A DNA stretch of 63,961 nucleotides, counting the filler, from an uncultured bacterium (GTDB lineage Bacteria; CAYJRR01): assembly GCA_964372275.1 (NCBI GenBank). It is 3 parts of 3 records of this genome, joined end to end, with 100 filler letters (N's around TTAATTAATTAA, not from the genome) between each part and the next. Parts side by side here need not be neighbours in the genome. Positions count along the whole stretch, not along the records: positions 30,309 to 60,128 come from CAYJRR010000054.1; 2 more parts are not named here. One strand, written 5' to 3'. The notes beneath the pieces are model-generated. The model saw only the letters and a program-made list of their open reading frames with translations, was not told where the DNA came from and made no database searches. This document shows positions 45,663-55,782 of this stretch, in pieces. The stretch's first letter is position 1; each line of letters opens with the position of its first letter. Position numbers and translations under genes: made by a program.

Positions 45663-46502
45663 TCAGGAGCTCGCGCTGGTGTAGCGCCGCAACGAAAGGG
45701 TCCAGGCGAGCCTCGCCAGGATCGCGAAGACGGCCGCGCCCAGCAGACACGAGGCGCCGGTCGACGCCGACAGCTCGCCGAGGATCGCCATCGCCGGATA
45801 GGTGGTCATCAGCGCCAGCGGAAGGACGAAGGTGAAGATCAGGCGCACCGGACCCGGAAAGATCGAGATCGGCCAGCGAGCGGCGTCGAAAACCGACTGG
45901 AAGAGGTACGCCAGGTTGTCGACCCGCACCACGAAGAAGGAGAGGCTCACCACCAGGATCCAGATCGAGTAGAGGACGAGCACCGCCGCGAACAGGAGCG
46001 CCGCCCCCGCGAGCAGGTCGGCGGCCGCGGGCCATCGTCCCATCCGCGCGAAGGCCCAGCCGACGACGAGCAGGCCGCCCAGAAGATCGGTGACGCACCA
46101 CGGCTCGATGCGCGTCGTCGAAACCAGGAACTGGCTGTCGGCCGGTTTGAGCAGGACGAAGTCGAGCGTCCCCTTCCGGACGTGCTCGACCACCGCCAAC
46201 AGGCTCGGCGTGATCGCCCCTTCGAGAAGGCCCTTGAGCAGGATGAACCAGCCGACCACCACCAGCGCGGCGTCGTACGACCAGCCGGCGATCACCGGTC
46301 TCGCGCCGAAGACGACGAGGAGCGGCACCAGCGTGACGGCGAGCCAGAACAGCGAGACGCCTCCCGAGACCAGGAAGTCGACCCGATACTGCATCCCCAT
46401 CGCCACCGACGTGCGGAGCTGGATCGCGAACAGCCGGGCGTACCGAAACGGGCCGCCCAGGCGCGAGGAGGGTTCTCGGAGTCCGCCGGCCACCATCGTC
46501 AT
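45663..46502 (-). CDS. ABC-2 (DUF990-type) transporter permease
   Basis: MQYRVDF, IAGWS, GTLDFVLLKPADSQF, RWPISIF. Confidence 0.9.
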   Translation of the reverse strand: MTMVAGGLREPSSRLGGPFRYARLFAIQLRTSVAMGMQYRVDFLVSGGVSLFWLAVTLVPLLVVFGARPVIAGWSYDAALVVVGWFILLKGLLEGAITPSLLAVVEHVRKGTLDFVLLKPADSQFLVSTTRIEPWCVTDLLGGLLVVGWAFARMGRWPAAADLLAGAALLFAAVLVLYSIWILVVSLSFFVVRVDNLAYLFQSVFDAARWPISIFPGPVRLIFTFVLPLALMTTYPAMAILGELSASTGASCLLGAAVFAILARLAWTLSLRRYTSASS

Positions 46503-47302
46503 CCGCCGAAGGCCGCGAATCGCCGCAAGCCGGCGCGCCAGAGCAGGTGGAGCGAAACCGCGAGCGCCAGGATCCATCCCGCCTGCATCGCCAGCCCCTC
46601 GATCGCCTCGGAAACGCCGGCGCCGCCGGTGATCAATCGCACGGGGAGGTCGAGCATCAGCCGGAACGGGAGCCAGCTCGTCCCGCGGACGACCCCGGCC
46701 GGGAACAGGTCGAGCGGGATCAGGTAGCCGGAGAGGACGACCCACACCCCCAGCCAGACCTCGAACAACGAGGTCGCGCTTTCGACGTAGAAGGCGAGCG
46801 TCCCGATGCAGCACATCAGGAGGAAGTTGAGCATCCAGGCCATCGCGATCGAGAGCGCCGCCGCCGCGATCATCCACGGGTCGGAGGTGAGCCCGCCGAG
46901 GGAGAAGACGAGCATCGACAGGACCAACGGGATCGCGAGCAGCCCGCGCAGCGGCAACGCGGCCAGGTTGTCCGCGGCGTAGCAGACGATCGGATGGATC
47001 GGGCGAAGCAGGCGCAGCGCCATCGTCCCCTGGCGGATCTCCTGGGTCATCTCCCAGACCACCCAGGCGCCGGTGAGCAACCGCACCAGGAGCGTGGCCA
47101 GGTAGTAGGCGGTGAATCCCTCCACGTCATAGCGGCCGATCGGCGCCTCCTTCGCCACCGACGTCATCAACGCCATCATGATGAAGGGCATGGTGGTGGT
47201 GAGGACCCACACCAGGAACTCGGCCCGGTAGGCGACCATCCCGGCGAAGCTCACCCGGAACAGGGTCGGCCATGCCCGTGCGGCGCGCAGGAGCGCGGTC
47301 AT
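46499..47302 (-). CDS. ABC-2 (DUF990-type) transporter permease
   Basis: AYRAEF, EIRQGTMALRLLRP, LSGYLIPLDLFP, LPF. Confidence 0.9.
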   Translation of the reverse strand: MTALLRAARAWPTLFRVSFAGMVAYRAEFLVWVLTTTMPFIMMALMTSVAKEAPIGRYDVEGFTAYYLATLLVRLLTGAWVVWEMTQEIRQGTMALRLLRPIHPIVCYAADNLAALPLRGLLAIPLVLSMLVFSLGGLTSDPWMIAAAALSIAMAWMLNFLLMCCIGTLAFYVESATSLFEVWLGVWVVLSGYLIPLDLFPAGVVRGTSWLPFRLMLDLPVRLITGGAGVSEAIEGLAMQAGWILALAVSLHLLWRAGLRRFAAFGG

Positions 47303-48309
47303 GTCCCGCCCCCGTTTCGGGCCGCCGCGCTCCCGGCGGCGAACAGGTCGCGCATCACCTCCTCCAGCGGCGGGTCCTCCACCGTCAGGTCGAGGATCGG
47401 GAGCGCCGCGGCGCGCGCGAGGGCCTCCGACAACCGGGCGCGATCGACGGTCAGGACGGCCGACGACGCCTCGTGGATGACGACCGTGCCCAGCGCCGCC
47501 AGGTCGGCCCCCGCCACCTCGCGCGAGAGGGTGAAGCGCAACCGCTTGTCGGGGCGGATGGCGTGCACCAGCTTCTCGAGCGGTCCGTCGTGGATCAGCC
47601 GGCCCTGGTGGATGACGATCACCCGGGGACAGAGGGCCTGCACGTCCTCCATGTAGTGACTGGTGAGCATGATCGTCGCGCCGTGCCGCTCGTTGTAGGC
47701 GCGAATGAAATCGCGGATCGCCGACTGCATCGAGACGTCGAGCCCGATCGTCGGCTCGTCGAGGAACAGAACGTCCGGCCGGTGCAACAGCGCGGCCGTC
47801 AGCTCGCACTTCATCCGCTCGCCCAAGGAGAGCTGGCGCGTCGGTTTCCCGATCAACGGCTTCAGGTCGAGAAGGTCGGTCAGCTCGCCGAGCGTCTCCC
47901 GGTAGCGATCGCGCGGGATGGCGTAGATCGCGCGGTTCATCTCGAACGTCTCCGACGGCGGCAGGTCCCAGAGGAGCTGCTGCTTCTGCCCCATCACCAG
48001 CGTGACGCGTTCCAGGAACGGGATCGCGCGCCGGGCCGGGACGAACCCGGCGACGATGCCGGTGCCGGAGGTCGGGTGCAGAAGGCCGGCCAGCATCTTG
48101 AGCGTCGTCGTCTTTCCCGCCCCGTTCGGACCGAGGAAGCCGACGCGCTCCCCGGCCTCGATCGCGAACGAGATCCCGTCGACGGCGACCGACTCCTCGT
48201 AGCGGCGCACGAACAGCGACCTCGCCGCGGCCCTCAAGCCCGGCAGACGGCGGTGCACCCGGAACACCTTCCGGAGATCCGAGACGACGATCCGCGCCGG
48301 CGCCCGCAT
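47299..48309 (-). CDS. ABC transporter ATP-binding protein
   Basis: GPNGAGKTT, LSLGE, FLDEPTIGLD, TSHYM. Confidence 0.95.
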   Translation of the reverse strand: MRAPARIVVSDLRKVFRVHRRLPGLRAAARSLFVRRYEESVAVDGISFAIEAGERVGFLGPNGAGKTTTLKMLAGLLHPTSGTGIVAGFVPARRAIPFLERVTLVMGQKQQLLWDLPPSETFEMNRAIYAIPRDRYRETLGELTDLLDLKPLIGKPTRQLSLGERMKCELTAALLHRPDVLFLDEPTIGLDVSMQSAIRDFIRAYNERHGATIMLTSHYMEDVQALCPRVIVIHQGRLIHDGPLEKLVHAIRPDKRLRFTLSREVAGADLAALGTVVIHEASSAVLTVDRARLSEALARAAALPILDLTVEDPPLEEVMRDLFAAGSAAARNGGGT

Positions 48310-48313
48310 CGTC

Positions 48314-51300
48314 CTAGCGGCAGCTCAAGCCCGCCGCGAGCTCGTCGGCGATCTCTTTCCGGTCGGCCTCGACGGTGGAGAGTCGCATGAACTCGGTCCA
48401 CAGCTTCTTCGCGCCGCATTCGTCGCCGGCGTCCTTGAGGAGGAAACCGAGCGTCCTATAGGTCGGGGCGTATTCCGGGTCGGCCTTGAGCGCGGCGTCG
48501 AAGAACCGTTTCGCGCGATCGGTGTCGTACTCCTTCGCCAGCTCCCCCAGGTTCCACAGCGCCTCGGCCGAGCCCTTGTCGATGACGAGCACCCGGGCGA
48601 AGGCCGCCTCGGCGTCGCGCGTCCTCCCCTGGCGGGCCGAGATCCGTCCCTGCTGCATCCCGACGCGGACCAGGACCGCGGTGCGCTCGGCGGGGCTCAG
48701 TCGTTTGGCGCCCTCGCCGACCGCCTGGAGCTCCTTGATCGCCTCCTCGTACTGCGCGTCCTCGAGGGCGATGCGGGACAGCTCCTCGTGCGCCACGTAG
48801 TGGTCGGGCTTGAGCTGCAGGCAGGCGCGCATGTGCTCGCGCGCCCCTTCGATGTCGCGAAGCCCGTCCACCGTCGAGAGCATGCGGCCGATGTGGAAGT
48901 GCGCCAGGTAGGCGTCCGGGTAGCCGTGCTTGATCGCCATGCGGTAGGCGTCGACCGCCGCCTCCGACCCTTCCAACGCCTGGATCGACACCCCGAGCCA
49001 ATACTGCGCCTCCGCCATCTGGGGGTTGTCCCGCACGACCTCTTCGAGACGCTTGCGCGCCTCCGCGTACTTCCCGTCCTTGGCCTCGACCACCCCCACC
49101 CGGGTGGAGATCTTCAGGTTGCTCGGCTCGATCTTCGACGCCTCGGCGTAGTACTGCCGCGCCTTGGCCAGGTCGTTGGCGGTCTCGTAGGCGTTCCCCA
49201 GGAAGACCCGCGGCTCGGCCAGCTCGGGCCGTAGCCCGGCCGCCGTCTCCAGCGCGGCGATCCCCTCCAGCGGCCGGCCGTCGAGTCGCCGCGCCTCGCC
49301 GAGGTCGAGCCAGCCCTGATAGGCCTCGGGATCGAGCTCGGTCGCCATCAGCAGGTGTCGCTCGGCCTCGGCCGGGGCCTTCTCGGCCATGGCGATCGCC
49401 GCCGAGACCTGGTAGGCCTCGGGCTGGGTCGGATCGAGCTCGAGAGCCTTCCTGGCGTCCTGGCGCGCCGCGTCGAGATTGCCCGATTCGAGCTCCCACC
49501 GGGCGAGCTGGATGTACGGGGGCGCCCAGTCGGGATCGATCTGGATCGCCTTCTCGAAGGCGATCTTCGCCTTCTTCTTCTCTTCCCCTCCGATCTCCAT
49601 CTGCAAGCGGCCGAAGGCGTGCTGCACCAGCGGAGACGCGCCGTCGGCCTGGAGCGCCTCCAACATCGCCGCCAGGGCCCCCTGAAGGTTCTTCTGCTGC
49701 CTCTGCTGCTCGCTCGACCGCACCTTCTCGATGGCGGTCGATCCGCGCGGTTTCCCGATCGACGTGATCCACGGTTTGACCGGTCGTCCCGGAAATTGCG
49801 CCACGAACGCTTCGGCGGCCCGCGTCAGCGCCTCTTCGTCGACCGGGTGGAGCTCGACGGCGTTCCGGTAGTGGGTGAGGCTGTTGGCGATCTTGCCGTC
49901 CTCCTCGAGCAGCCGGCCGATGAACAGCTCCGCGAGCGCCCGCTCGACGCCGAAGCGCGACGTCGAGACCGCCATCTCCTGCAACGCCTTTCGCGCCGCC
50001 GCGGCGTCCCCCACCCGCGCCTTGATCGAGACGAAGGCGACCAGCGCCTGCGCCAGTCCGTTGTCGGGCTCGTTCTTCAGCGCGAGCTCGGCGGCGGCAC
50101 GCGCCGCCCCGAGGTTGCCGGCGCGCAGTTTGGCGCGCGCGATGCCGATCTGGCCGGAGGCGGGACGGCGGCCGTTCGCGATCCGCTCGTAGGAACCGAG
50201 CGCCGCGGTGGCGTCCCCCTTGAGCACCGCCAGCTCGGCGCGGAGCATCTCGAGATGCGGATCGGGTCCGCCCTCGGGCGCCGCTCCGGGGGGCGGAGGG
50301 GCCGCCGCGAGCGCCGCCAGCGCCACCTCGGCATCCTTCACCGCCCCGTTGGCGATCGCGAATCGCAGCTCCGCGCGTTGCACGGCGTAGGTCGGCTGTC
50401 CGGCCGACTGGCGCGCACGCGCCAGGTTCTGCTCGGCGCCCGCCTTGAGATCGAGGCGGGCCAGATCCCGCATCCAGAACGCCACCTGGGCTTCGGCCAG
50501 CCGCGCGGCGGCGTCCGCCCCCTCGGGAAGGATCTTCAGCGCCTCTTCGTACTTCCCGATCGCGGTGAGCATCGAGCCCCGCTCGCCGCTCCCGAAGACG
50601 TCGTCCCCCTCGGCGATCCTCCGCGCGGCGTCGAGCCCCTTCGAGAGACCGAGCATGCCGAGCAGCGGCGCGCGGAAGTACCAGCCGCCGGACCCGATCG
50701 CACCGACTGCGATCAGCGCCGCGACGCTCCGCCGGAGCGCCTTTCCGGTGAGGGCCGCGGTCAACGCTTTGAGACCGGCGCCGATCCCGCCGCGTTTCGT
50801 GACTCGGGCCCCGGGCGAGTCGAGCCCCATCGGCCGCGCGGCCTTCGGATCGCGCTCCTTCCGTTTCTCGACCGCGAGCGGCTCCGCCGCTCCATCCGCG
50901 GGCGCCGACGAGGCCGCGTCGACCGCGCCTCGATCGGTCCCGGGCGATGCGACCGCCGGCCTCTCCGGCGGAGCCGCGCCGCCGGCCGAGGCCTGCCCGG
51001 TCAGCCGGAAGATCTCTCCCAGTTCGTCCATCGACGTGATCGGGACCCAGTTCTGGGAGGCGTCGAGGATCTGCTCCGACCCGTCGAGCTGCTGCTCGTA
51101 GATCATCTGCTTCAGCTGGAAGACGTCATACGGCCCGATCTGCTCCCCGTTCTGCCGGCGGACCTCGAACGCCGACTTTTGCGCCGGTGGCGCCGCGCCG
51201 AACGGATTCGTGCCGCCGAACGGGTCGCCGCCCCCCGGGGCGAACGGGTTGGGAGCGTCCCCGAACGGATTCGGCGCGCCGCCGAACGGATTGGGGGCCG

Positions 51301-51694
51301 CCTCGCCGCCGAACGGATTGGGCGCGGGCGCGCCGCCGAACGGAGCGGGGTCGGGCGACCCGCCGAATGGATTGGGGGCATCGCCGAACGGGCTGGCTCC
51401 GAACGGATTGGCCGCCCCCGACGCCGGGGCGGCGGAGAAGCCGGTCAGGTCGGGCATTCCGCCGAATCCGGCGGCGAACGGATCGGCGGGCGGCCCGCCT
51501 CCGGGCGCGGAACCGTCGGCGGGCGCCATCCCGGGCGTGGTCGCCGCGGTGGCGAAGTCGGGGGGGGCCGACTCGGGCCGCCGGAGGAGGAACGAGTGGC
51601 TGCACTTCGGACATTTGGCCCGGATCCCCTGCGGCGGGACTTTGGCGTCGTCCACCCGGTATTGCGCCCGACACTGCTCGCAGGTGACGTCCAC
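48314..51694 (-). CDS. MJ0042-type zinc-ribbon / GYF-like / TM / multi-TPR protein (alternative start 51709)
   Basis: DVTCEQC.AQYRVDDAKVP..G..AKCPKCSHSF, PFG repeats, GEQIGPYD, TM helix, many TPRs; architecture like myxobacterial motility-associated proteins. Confidence 0.85.
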   Translation of the reverse strand: MDVTCEQCRAQYRVDDAKVPPQGIRAKCPKCSHSFLLRRPESAPPDFATAATTPGMAPADGSAPGGGPPADPFAAGFGGMPDLTGFSAAPASGAANPFGASPFGDAPNPFGGSPDPAPFGGAPAPNPFGGEAAPNPFGGAPNPFGDAPNPFAPGGGDPFGGTNPFGAAPPAQKSAFEVRRQNGEQIGPYDVFQLKQMIYEQQLDGSEQILDASQNWVPITSMDELGEIFRLTGQASAGGAAPPERPAVASPGTDRGAVDAASSAPADGAAEPLAVEKRKERDPKAARPMGLDSPGARVTKRGGIGAGLKALTAALTGKALRRSVAALIAVGAIGSGGWYFRAPLLGMLGLSKGLDAARRIAEGDDVFGSGERGSMLTAIGKYEEALKILPEGADAAARLAEAQVAFWMRDLARLDLKAGAEQNLARARQSAGQPTYAVQRAELRFAIANGAVKDAEVALAALAAAPPPPGAAPEGGPDPHLEMLRAELAVLKGDATAALGSYERIANGRRPASGQIGIARAKLRAGNLGAARAAAELALKNEPDNGLAQALVAFVSIKARVGDAAAARKALQEMAVSTSRFGVERALAELFIGRLLEEDGKIANSLTHYRNAVELHPVDEEALTRAAEAFVAQFPGRPVKPWITSIGKPRGSTAIEKVRSSEQQRQQKNLQGALAAMLEALQADGASPLVQHAFGRLQMEIGGEEKKKAKIAFEKAIQIDPDWAPPYIQLARWELESGNLDAARQDARKALELDPTQPEAYQVSAAIAMAEKAPAEAERHLLMATELDPEAYQGWLDLGEARRLDGRPLEGIAALETAAGLRPELAEPRVFLGNAYETANDLAKARQYYAEASKIEPSNLKISTRVGVVEAKDGKYAEARKRLEEVVRDNPQMAEAQYWLGVSIQALEGSEAAVDAYRMAIKHGYPDAYLAHFHIGRMLSTVDGLRDIEGAREHMRACLQLKPDHYVAHEELSRIALEDAQYEEAIKELQAVGEGAKRLSPAERTAVLVRVGMQQGRISARQGRTRDAEAAFARVLVIDKGSAEALWNLGELAKEYDTDRAKRFFDAALKADPEYAPTYRTLGFLLKDAGDECGAKKLWTEFMRLSTVEADRKEIADELAAGLSCR

Positions 51695-51772
51695 GGCGAA
51701 CGCGATCATCGCCGATCCGCGCGATCCTCGCCATCCTTCGCCGTACGGGCTACAAATTCCGCCCTCGAGCGT

Positions 51773-53722
51773 ATGCGTCGCGTCGTCCTCGGAACCGCGG
51801 GCCACATCGACCACGGGAAGACCTCCCTGGTGCGCCTCCTGACCGGAGTCGACACCGACCGCCTCAAGGAGGAGCGCGAGCGCGGGATCACCATCGAGCT
51901 CGGCTTCACCCATCTCACCCTGCCGGGCGGGACCGAGGTCGGTTTCGTCGACGTCCCCGGCCACGAGCGCTTCGTCCGTACCATGATCGCGGGGGCCAGC
52001 GGAATCGACCTGGCTCTGCTGGTGATTGCCGCCGACGAGGGGGTGATGCCGCAGACGCGGGAGCACCTCGACATCTGCGAGGTGCTTGGGGTCCGGGATG
52101 GTGTCGTCGTCCTGAACAAGATCGACGCCGTCGATCCGGAGATGGCGGAGCTGGCGGCGGAGGAGGCGGCGGAGCTCACCCGCGGGACGTTCCTGGACGG
52201 GCGACCGGTGGTGCGCGTCTCGGCGCGAACCGGGGCCGGGAAGGAGGCGCTGCTCGCGCGCATCGCCGAGGCGATCGACCGGGTCGAGGAGCGCGATGCG
52301 CGGGGGCCGTTCCGGATGTCGGTCGACCGCGTCTTCTCGCGAAAGGGGTTCGGAACGGTGGTGACCGGCACCGCGGCGGGGGGACGGGTGCGCGTCGGCG
52401 ATACGCTCGCCGCCTTTCCCGGCGGGGCGACGGCGCGCGTGCGTGGCGTGCAGGTCCACGGACGCGATGCGGACGAGGCGCTCGCCGGCAGCCGGACGGC
52501 GCTCAACCTGCAAGGGGTCGAAGTCGGCGATGTTCCGCGGGGCTCGGTGCTCGCCGCCCCGGGCCAGCTCTCGCCGTGCCACATCCTCGACGTCGAGCTG
52601 AAGCGGCTCGGCGCCGCGCCGGCGGAGCTGCGGACGCGCAAGGTCCGGTTCCTCTGCGGCACGCAGGAGATCGTCGGGAAGCTGGTGCCGCTCGACGAGG
52701 CGGCGCCGATGGCCCAGGTTCGGCTCGAGGCGCCGATTGCGGTGCGCGCCGGCGATCGTTTCGTCCTGCGTGCCTACTCGCCGATGACCACGCTCGGCGG
52801 CGGCCGCGTGGTCGACCCGGACGCGCGAAAGCGGCGGCCCGGTCGCGACGCCGCCGCCCACCTCCGCGCGCTGGCCGGACCCGATCCGGCCGACCGCGCG
52901 CGGGCGCTGATCGCCGACGCCGGTGGGCTGGGTCTTCCGATCGACCGGCTCGCGGCGCGCCTCCCTCCCGGTGAAAGCGAGTCGGCGGGCGCGACCGCGC
53001 GGCAGCTGTCACGGGAAGGAGCGGTCGAGCTCCTGGACACCGCCGCCGGAAAGGATCCGGCGCTCCGGGCGGTGGACCGGGTCTGGTTCGACCGGATCGC
53101 GCAGAGCCTGCTCGAAACGCTCGCCGCGCTGCACCGCGCCGAGCCGTCGAAGCCCGGGCTCTCCCGCAAGGCGGCGGTCGCGGACGCGATGCGCCGCGCG
53201 CGCCTCGGCGGACCCGAGGCGCCCTCGGTCGGCGAGGCGGTCCTGCGACGCCTGGAGGCGGCGAAGAAGGTGGCGTCGATCGGAGGGGAGATCAAGCTCC
53301 CGTCGCACGTGCCGACGCTCGACGCCGCGACCAGCGACCTGAAGCCCGTGCTCGAAGCCGCCTACCGCGACGCGTCGCTGACGCCGCCGACGGTGAAGGA
53401 GCTGCAGGACCGACACCCCGGCCGCGACCGCGAGCTGTCCGCCGTGCTCGCCCACCTGACGCGCGATGGCGTGTTGGTGAAGGTGTCCCAGGACCTCTTC
53501 TTCCACCGCGACGCGATGGAGTCGATCCGCCAACGCCTGGTCGCGAAGCTGCAAGCCGCCGGACGGATCACGCCGCTCGAGTTCAAGGTGCTGGCGGGGA
53601 ACGTCAGCCGCAAGTTCATGATCCCGTTGCTCGAGCACTTCGACGCGATGAAGGTGACGATGCGCGTCGGAGAGGAGCGCGTGCTCCGCCGACCGCCGAC
53701 GGGGCCGGGGGCCGGGGGGTAG
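51773..53722 (+). CDS. selB: Selenocysteine-specific elongation factor
   Basis: [42 protein letters not shown]-terminal winged helix [13 protein letters not shown]. Confidence 0.97.
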   Translation: MRRVVLGTAGHIDHGKTSLVRLLTGVDTDRLKEERERGITIELGFTHLTLPGGTEVGFVDVPGHERFVRTMIAGASGIDLALLVIAADEGVMPQTREHLDICEVLGVRDGVVVLNKIDAVDPEMAELAAEEAAELTRGTFLDGRPVVRVSARTGAGKEALLARIAEAIDRVEERDARGPFRMSVDRVFSRKGFGTVVTGTAAGGRVRVGDTLAAFPGGATARVRGVQVHGRDADEALAGSRTALNLQGVEVGDVPRGSVLAAPGQLSPCHILDVELKRLGAAPAELRTRKVRFLCGTQEIVGKLVPLDEAAPMAQVRLEAPIAVRAGDRFVLRAYSPMTTLGGGRVVDPDARKRRPGRDAAAHLRALAGPDPADRARALIADAGGLGLPIDRLAARLPPGESESAGATARQLSREGAVELLDTAAGKDPALRAVDRVWFDRIAQSLLETLAALHRAEPSKPGLSRKAAVADAMRRARLGGPEAPSVGEAVLRRLEAAKKVASIGGEIKLPSHVPTLDAATSDLKPVLEAAYRDASLTPPTVKELQDRHPGRDRELSAVLAHLTRDGVLVKVSQDLFFHRDAMESIRQRLVAKLQAAGRITPLEFKVLAGNVSRKFMIPLLEHFDAMKVTMRVGEERVLRRPPTGPGAGG

Positions 53723-53852
53723 AGTCGCCGCACTCGCGCGGGGTCGTCCGCGCGCGCGGATTCTCCTTCCGCGTCCAGGGTCCGTGGCGAGCAACTCTTC
53801 GATTCTGCCCTCGCATCAGCGCCCCGAAGCAAGACCGCCTTCTACGAGGGCC

Positions 53853-55190
53853 TCAGGTCGATCGGCGTCTCGCGGTGAGAATGCCGGCGAGGGCGAGCGC
53901 CGAGAGTGCCGAGAGGACCGCAGACCGCGACGCGCCACCTCCGAGGGCGACGTCGCACGCGTACCAGGGATCTTTCCCGTCGCCGTCTTCGCCCTCGACG
54001 ACGATGAACCCCTCCTTCTCGACCGACACGTACCCCGCCCCGGCGTCGACCTTGAGCTTCACGCTGTAGGTCCCCTCGACGAAGTAGGTGTGCTCGGGCT
54101 CCCGCTTGGTGGAGCTTTCGCCATCGCCGAAGGTCCACTTGTAGGCGGGGTCGTCGCCGGCGTTCGCGGTGTCGTTCTCGAACTGCACCGTCAGGGGCGC
54201 GCGGCCCCTGGTCACGTTCGCGGTGAAATCGGGGGTCGGAGCCTCGATCACCTCGACGGCGTCGATCCGCTCGAAGACGACCGATCCGTTCACGGTGAGC
54301 GTCACGTCGTAGAGACCGGGCTGGTCGTAGGTGGTCGTCTCGGTCGCCCCGCTTCCGGTATCGCCGTTCCCGAAGTCCCAGCTGCGGGAGGTCACCGTCC
54401 CGGCGGTGGTGTCCTCGAAGTCGACCTCCAGGGGCGCGTAGCCGACCGCCGGCGTCAGCTCGAAATCGGGATAGACGGGCGGCACGCCGCTGTCGTAGAG
54501 CGCCGTGGCGCCGTTGATGTCGTCGGTCTTGAGGGCGGCGCGGGTCTCGTCGCAGTCGGCGATCGATGGGTACATGATCGCCTGGGCGTAGGTCATCCCG
54601 TCGGGGTGTTGCAGACCGAAGAAGTGCCCGATCTCGTGCAGCGCCACCGCCTCGATGTCCCACTTGCTGAGGCAGGTCACCTGCGCCGCGCCGGCGGTGT
54701 CGGTGTAGTCGACGCCGTCGTTGAAGACGATGTCCCCTTGCACGATCGTGTAGTAGTTGGTCCCGTCGAAGGAGTGGTAGTCGTCGGACCCGGTGAAGGC
54801 ATAGGGGATCGCCGCGGCGAGGATCCCGGATCCGAGGTCGGAGTCCGGATCGCCGTAGCTGATGGTGTTGACCCCGTCGTCGAAATCGAACCCGTCGAGC
54901 GTGGTGTCGGCCCCGCGGCTGAAGGCGATCGCCGCCGAAGGAACCGCCTGCCAGGTGGCGAACGCCTCGTCGACCTTCGCCGGACCGTCGATCCCGGCGG
55001 GATCGTTCGCGCCGTTCTGCCGATAGCCGATCGGGGTCCCGGCATACATCCAGCGAAGTCCGAGCGTTCCGCCCGCGCCGTCCGAGGTGATGAACTGGTA
55101 GGCCCACGCGGCGAGCGGCGAAGCGACCAGCGTCATCGCCGCGATCCCCGCCGCGACCCGTCGCGTCCCCGCCGGGCGCCCGGCGCTCAT
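53853..55190 (-). CDS. Matrixin-family metalloprotease with two PKD domains and MYXO-CTERM-like anchor
   Basis: Signal peptide, HEIGHFFGLQH, Met-turn AIMYP, WDFGNG / WTFGDG, C-terminal ACDV..TM..RRR. Confidence 0.9.
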   Translation of the reverse strand: MSAGRPAGTRRVAAGIAAMTLVASPLAAWAYQFITSDGAGGTLGLRWMYAGTPIGYRQNGANDPAGIDGPAKVDEAFATWQAVPSAAIAFSRGADTTLDGFDFDDGVNTISYGDPDSDLGSGILAAAIPYAFTGSDDYHSFDGTNYYTIVQGDIVFNDGVDYTDTAGAAQVTCLSKWDIEAVALHEIGHFFGLQHPDGMTYAQAIMYPSIADCDETRAALKTDDINGATALYDSGVPPVYPDFELTPAVGYAPLEVDFEDTTAGTVTSRSWDFGNGDTGSGATETTTYDQPGLYDVTLTVNGSVVFERIDAVEVIEAPTPDFTANVTRGRAPLTVQFENDTANAGDDPAYKWTFGDGESSTKREPEHTYFVEGTYSVKLKVDAGAGYVSVEKEGFIVVEGEDGDGKDPWYACDVALGGGASRSAVLSALSALALAGILTARRRST

Positions 55191-55750
55191 CGGCTCCCCC
55201 GCCGGACGGCTTCGACCCGCGCTTCGATCTCGTCGAGGTAGAGCCTCCGTTCCCCCCCGATCTCGTCGATCTCCGCGCCGCCGGGTCCCACCAGGACGCT
55301 GCCGGGAGCGACCGCATCGCGGACGGCGACCGGCATTCCGGTCTCCGCCTCCTCGATCACCCGGAACACCCCCTGGAAGCCTCCCACGACCAGGTGTTCC
55401 GGCGACGCGGCCCGACGCGGCTCCAGAAAGACGACGACCCGGTCCCCCTCCGCGAAGACCGGCCCCCCCAGGAACGGCGCGACGATCCCGGCGAGCCGTC
55501 CCCCGGGGGTGACGACGACGATCTCGCGGGCGCGACCCGGCCCCGCGATCTCGCGCTCGACCTCCAGCCGGGCGCGCGTCCGGATGGCGCCGTCCGGATC
55601 GAGGTCGCTCGTCACCTCCCGCACCGTGGCGACCGCGACCACGGTCGACCTCGCCGCCAATGCTTCGACGTCCATGCGGAGCAGAACGCTCGCGCGGACG
55701 GGTAGCGCCCACAGAACCGCTCCGACGATCAGGATCTCTCGCACACGCAT
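55187..55750 (-). CDS. Exported companion of the matrixin (prodomain-like)
   Basis: Signal VRA/S, DVEALAARS, TPGG, GPVFAEGDRVVVFL, QGVFRV; ATGA-coupled to the protease. Confidence 0.7.
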   Translation of the reverse strand: MRVREILIVGAVLWALPVRASVLLRMDVEALAARSTVVAVATVREVTSDLDPDGAIRTRARLEVEREIAGPGRAREIVVVTPGGRLAGIVAPFLGGPVFAEGDRVVVFLEPRRAASPEHLVVGGFQGVFRVIEEAETGMPVAVRDAVAPGSVLVGPGGAEIDEIGGERRLYLDEIEARVEAVRRGSR

Positions 55751-55782
55751 CGTACGCCCGTTTCTCGTGCCGTCTTTCGATT

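Noticed and set aside
53723-53852. tRNA-Sec (selC) downstream of selB, prompted by a TTCGATTC T-loop-like motif
   Set aside because: No UCA anticodon arm or acceptor stem can be built on either strand; only GC hairpins.
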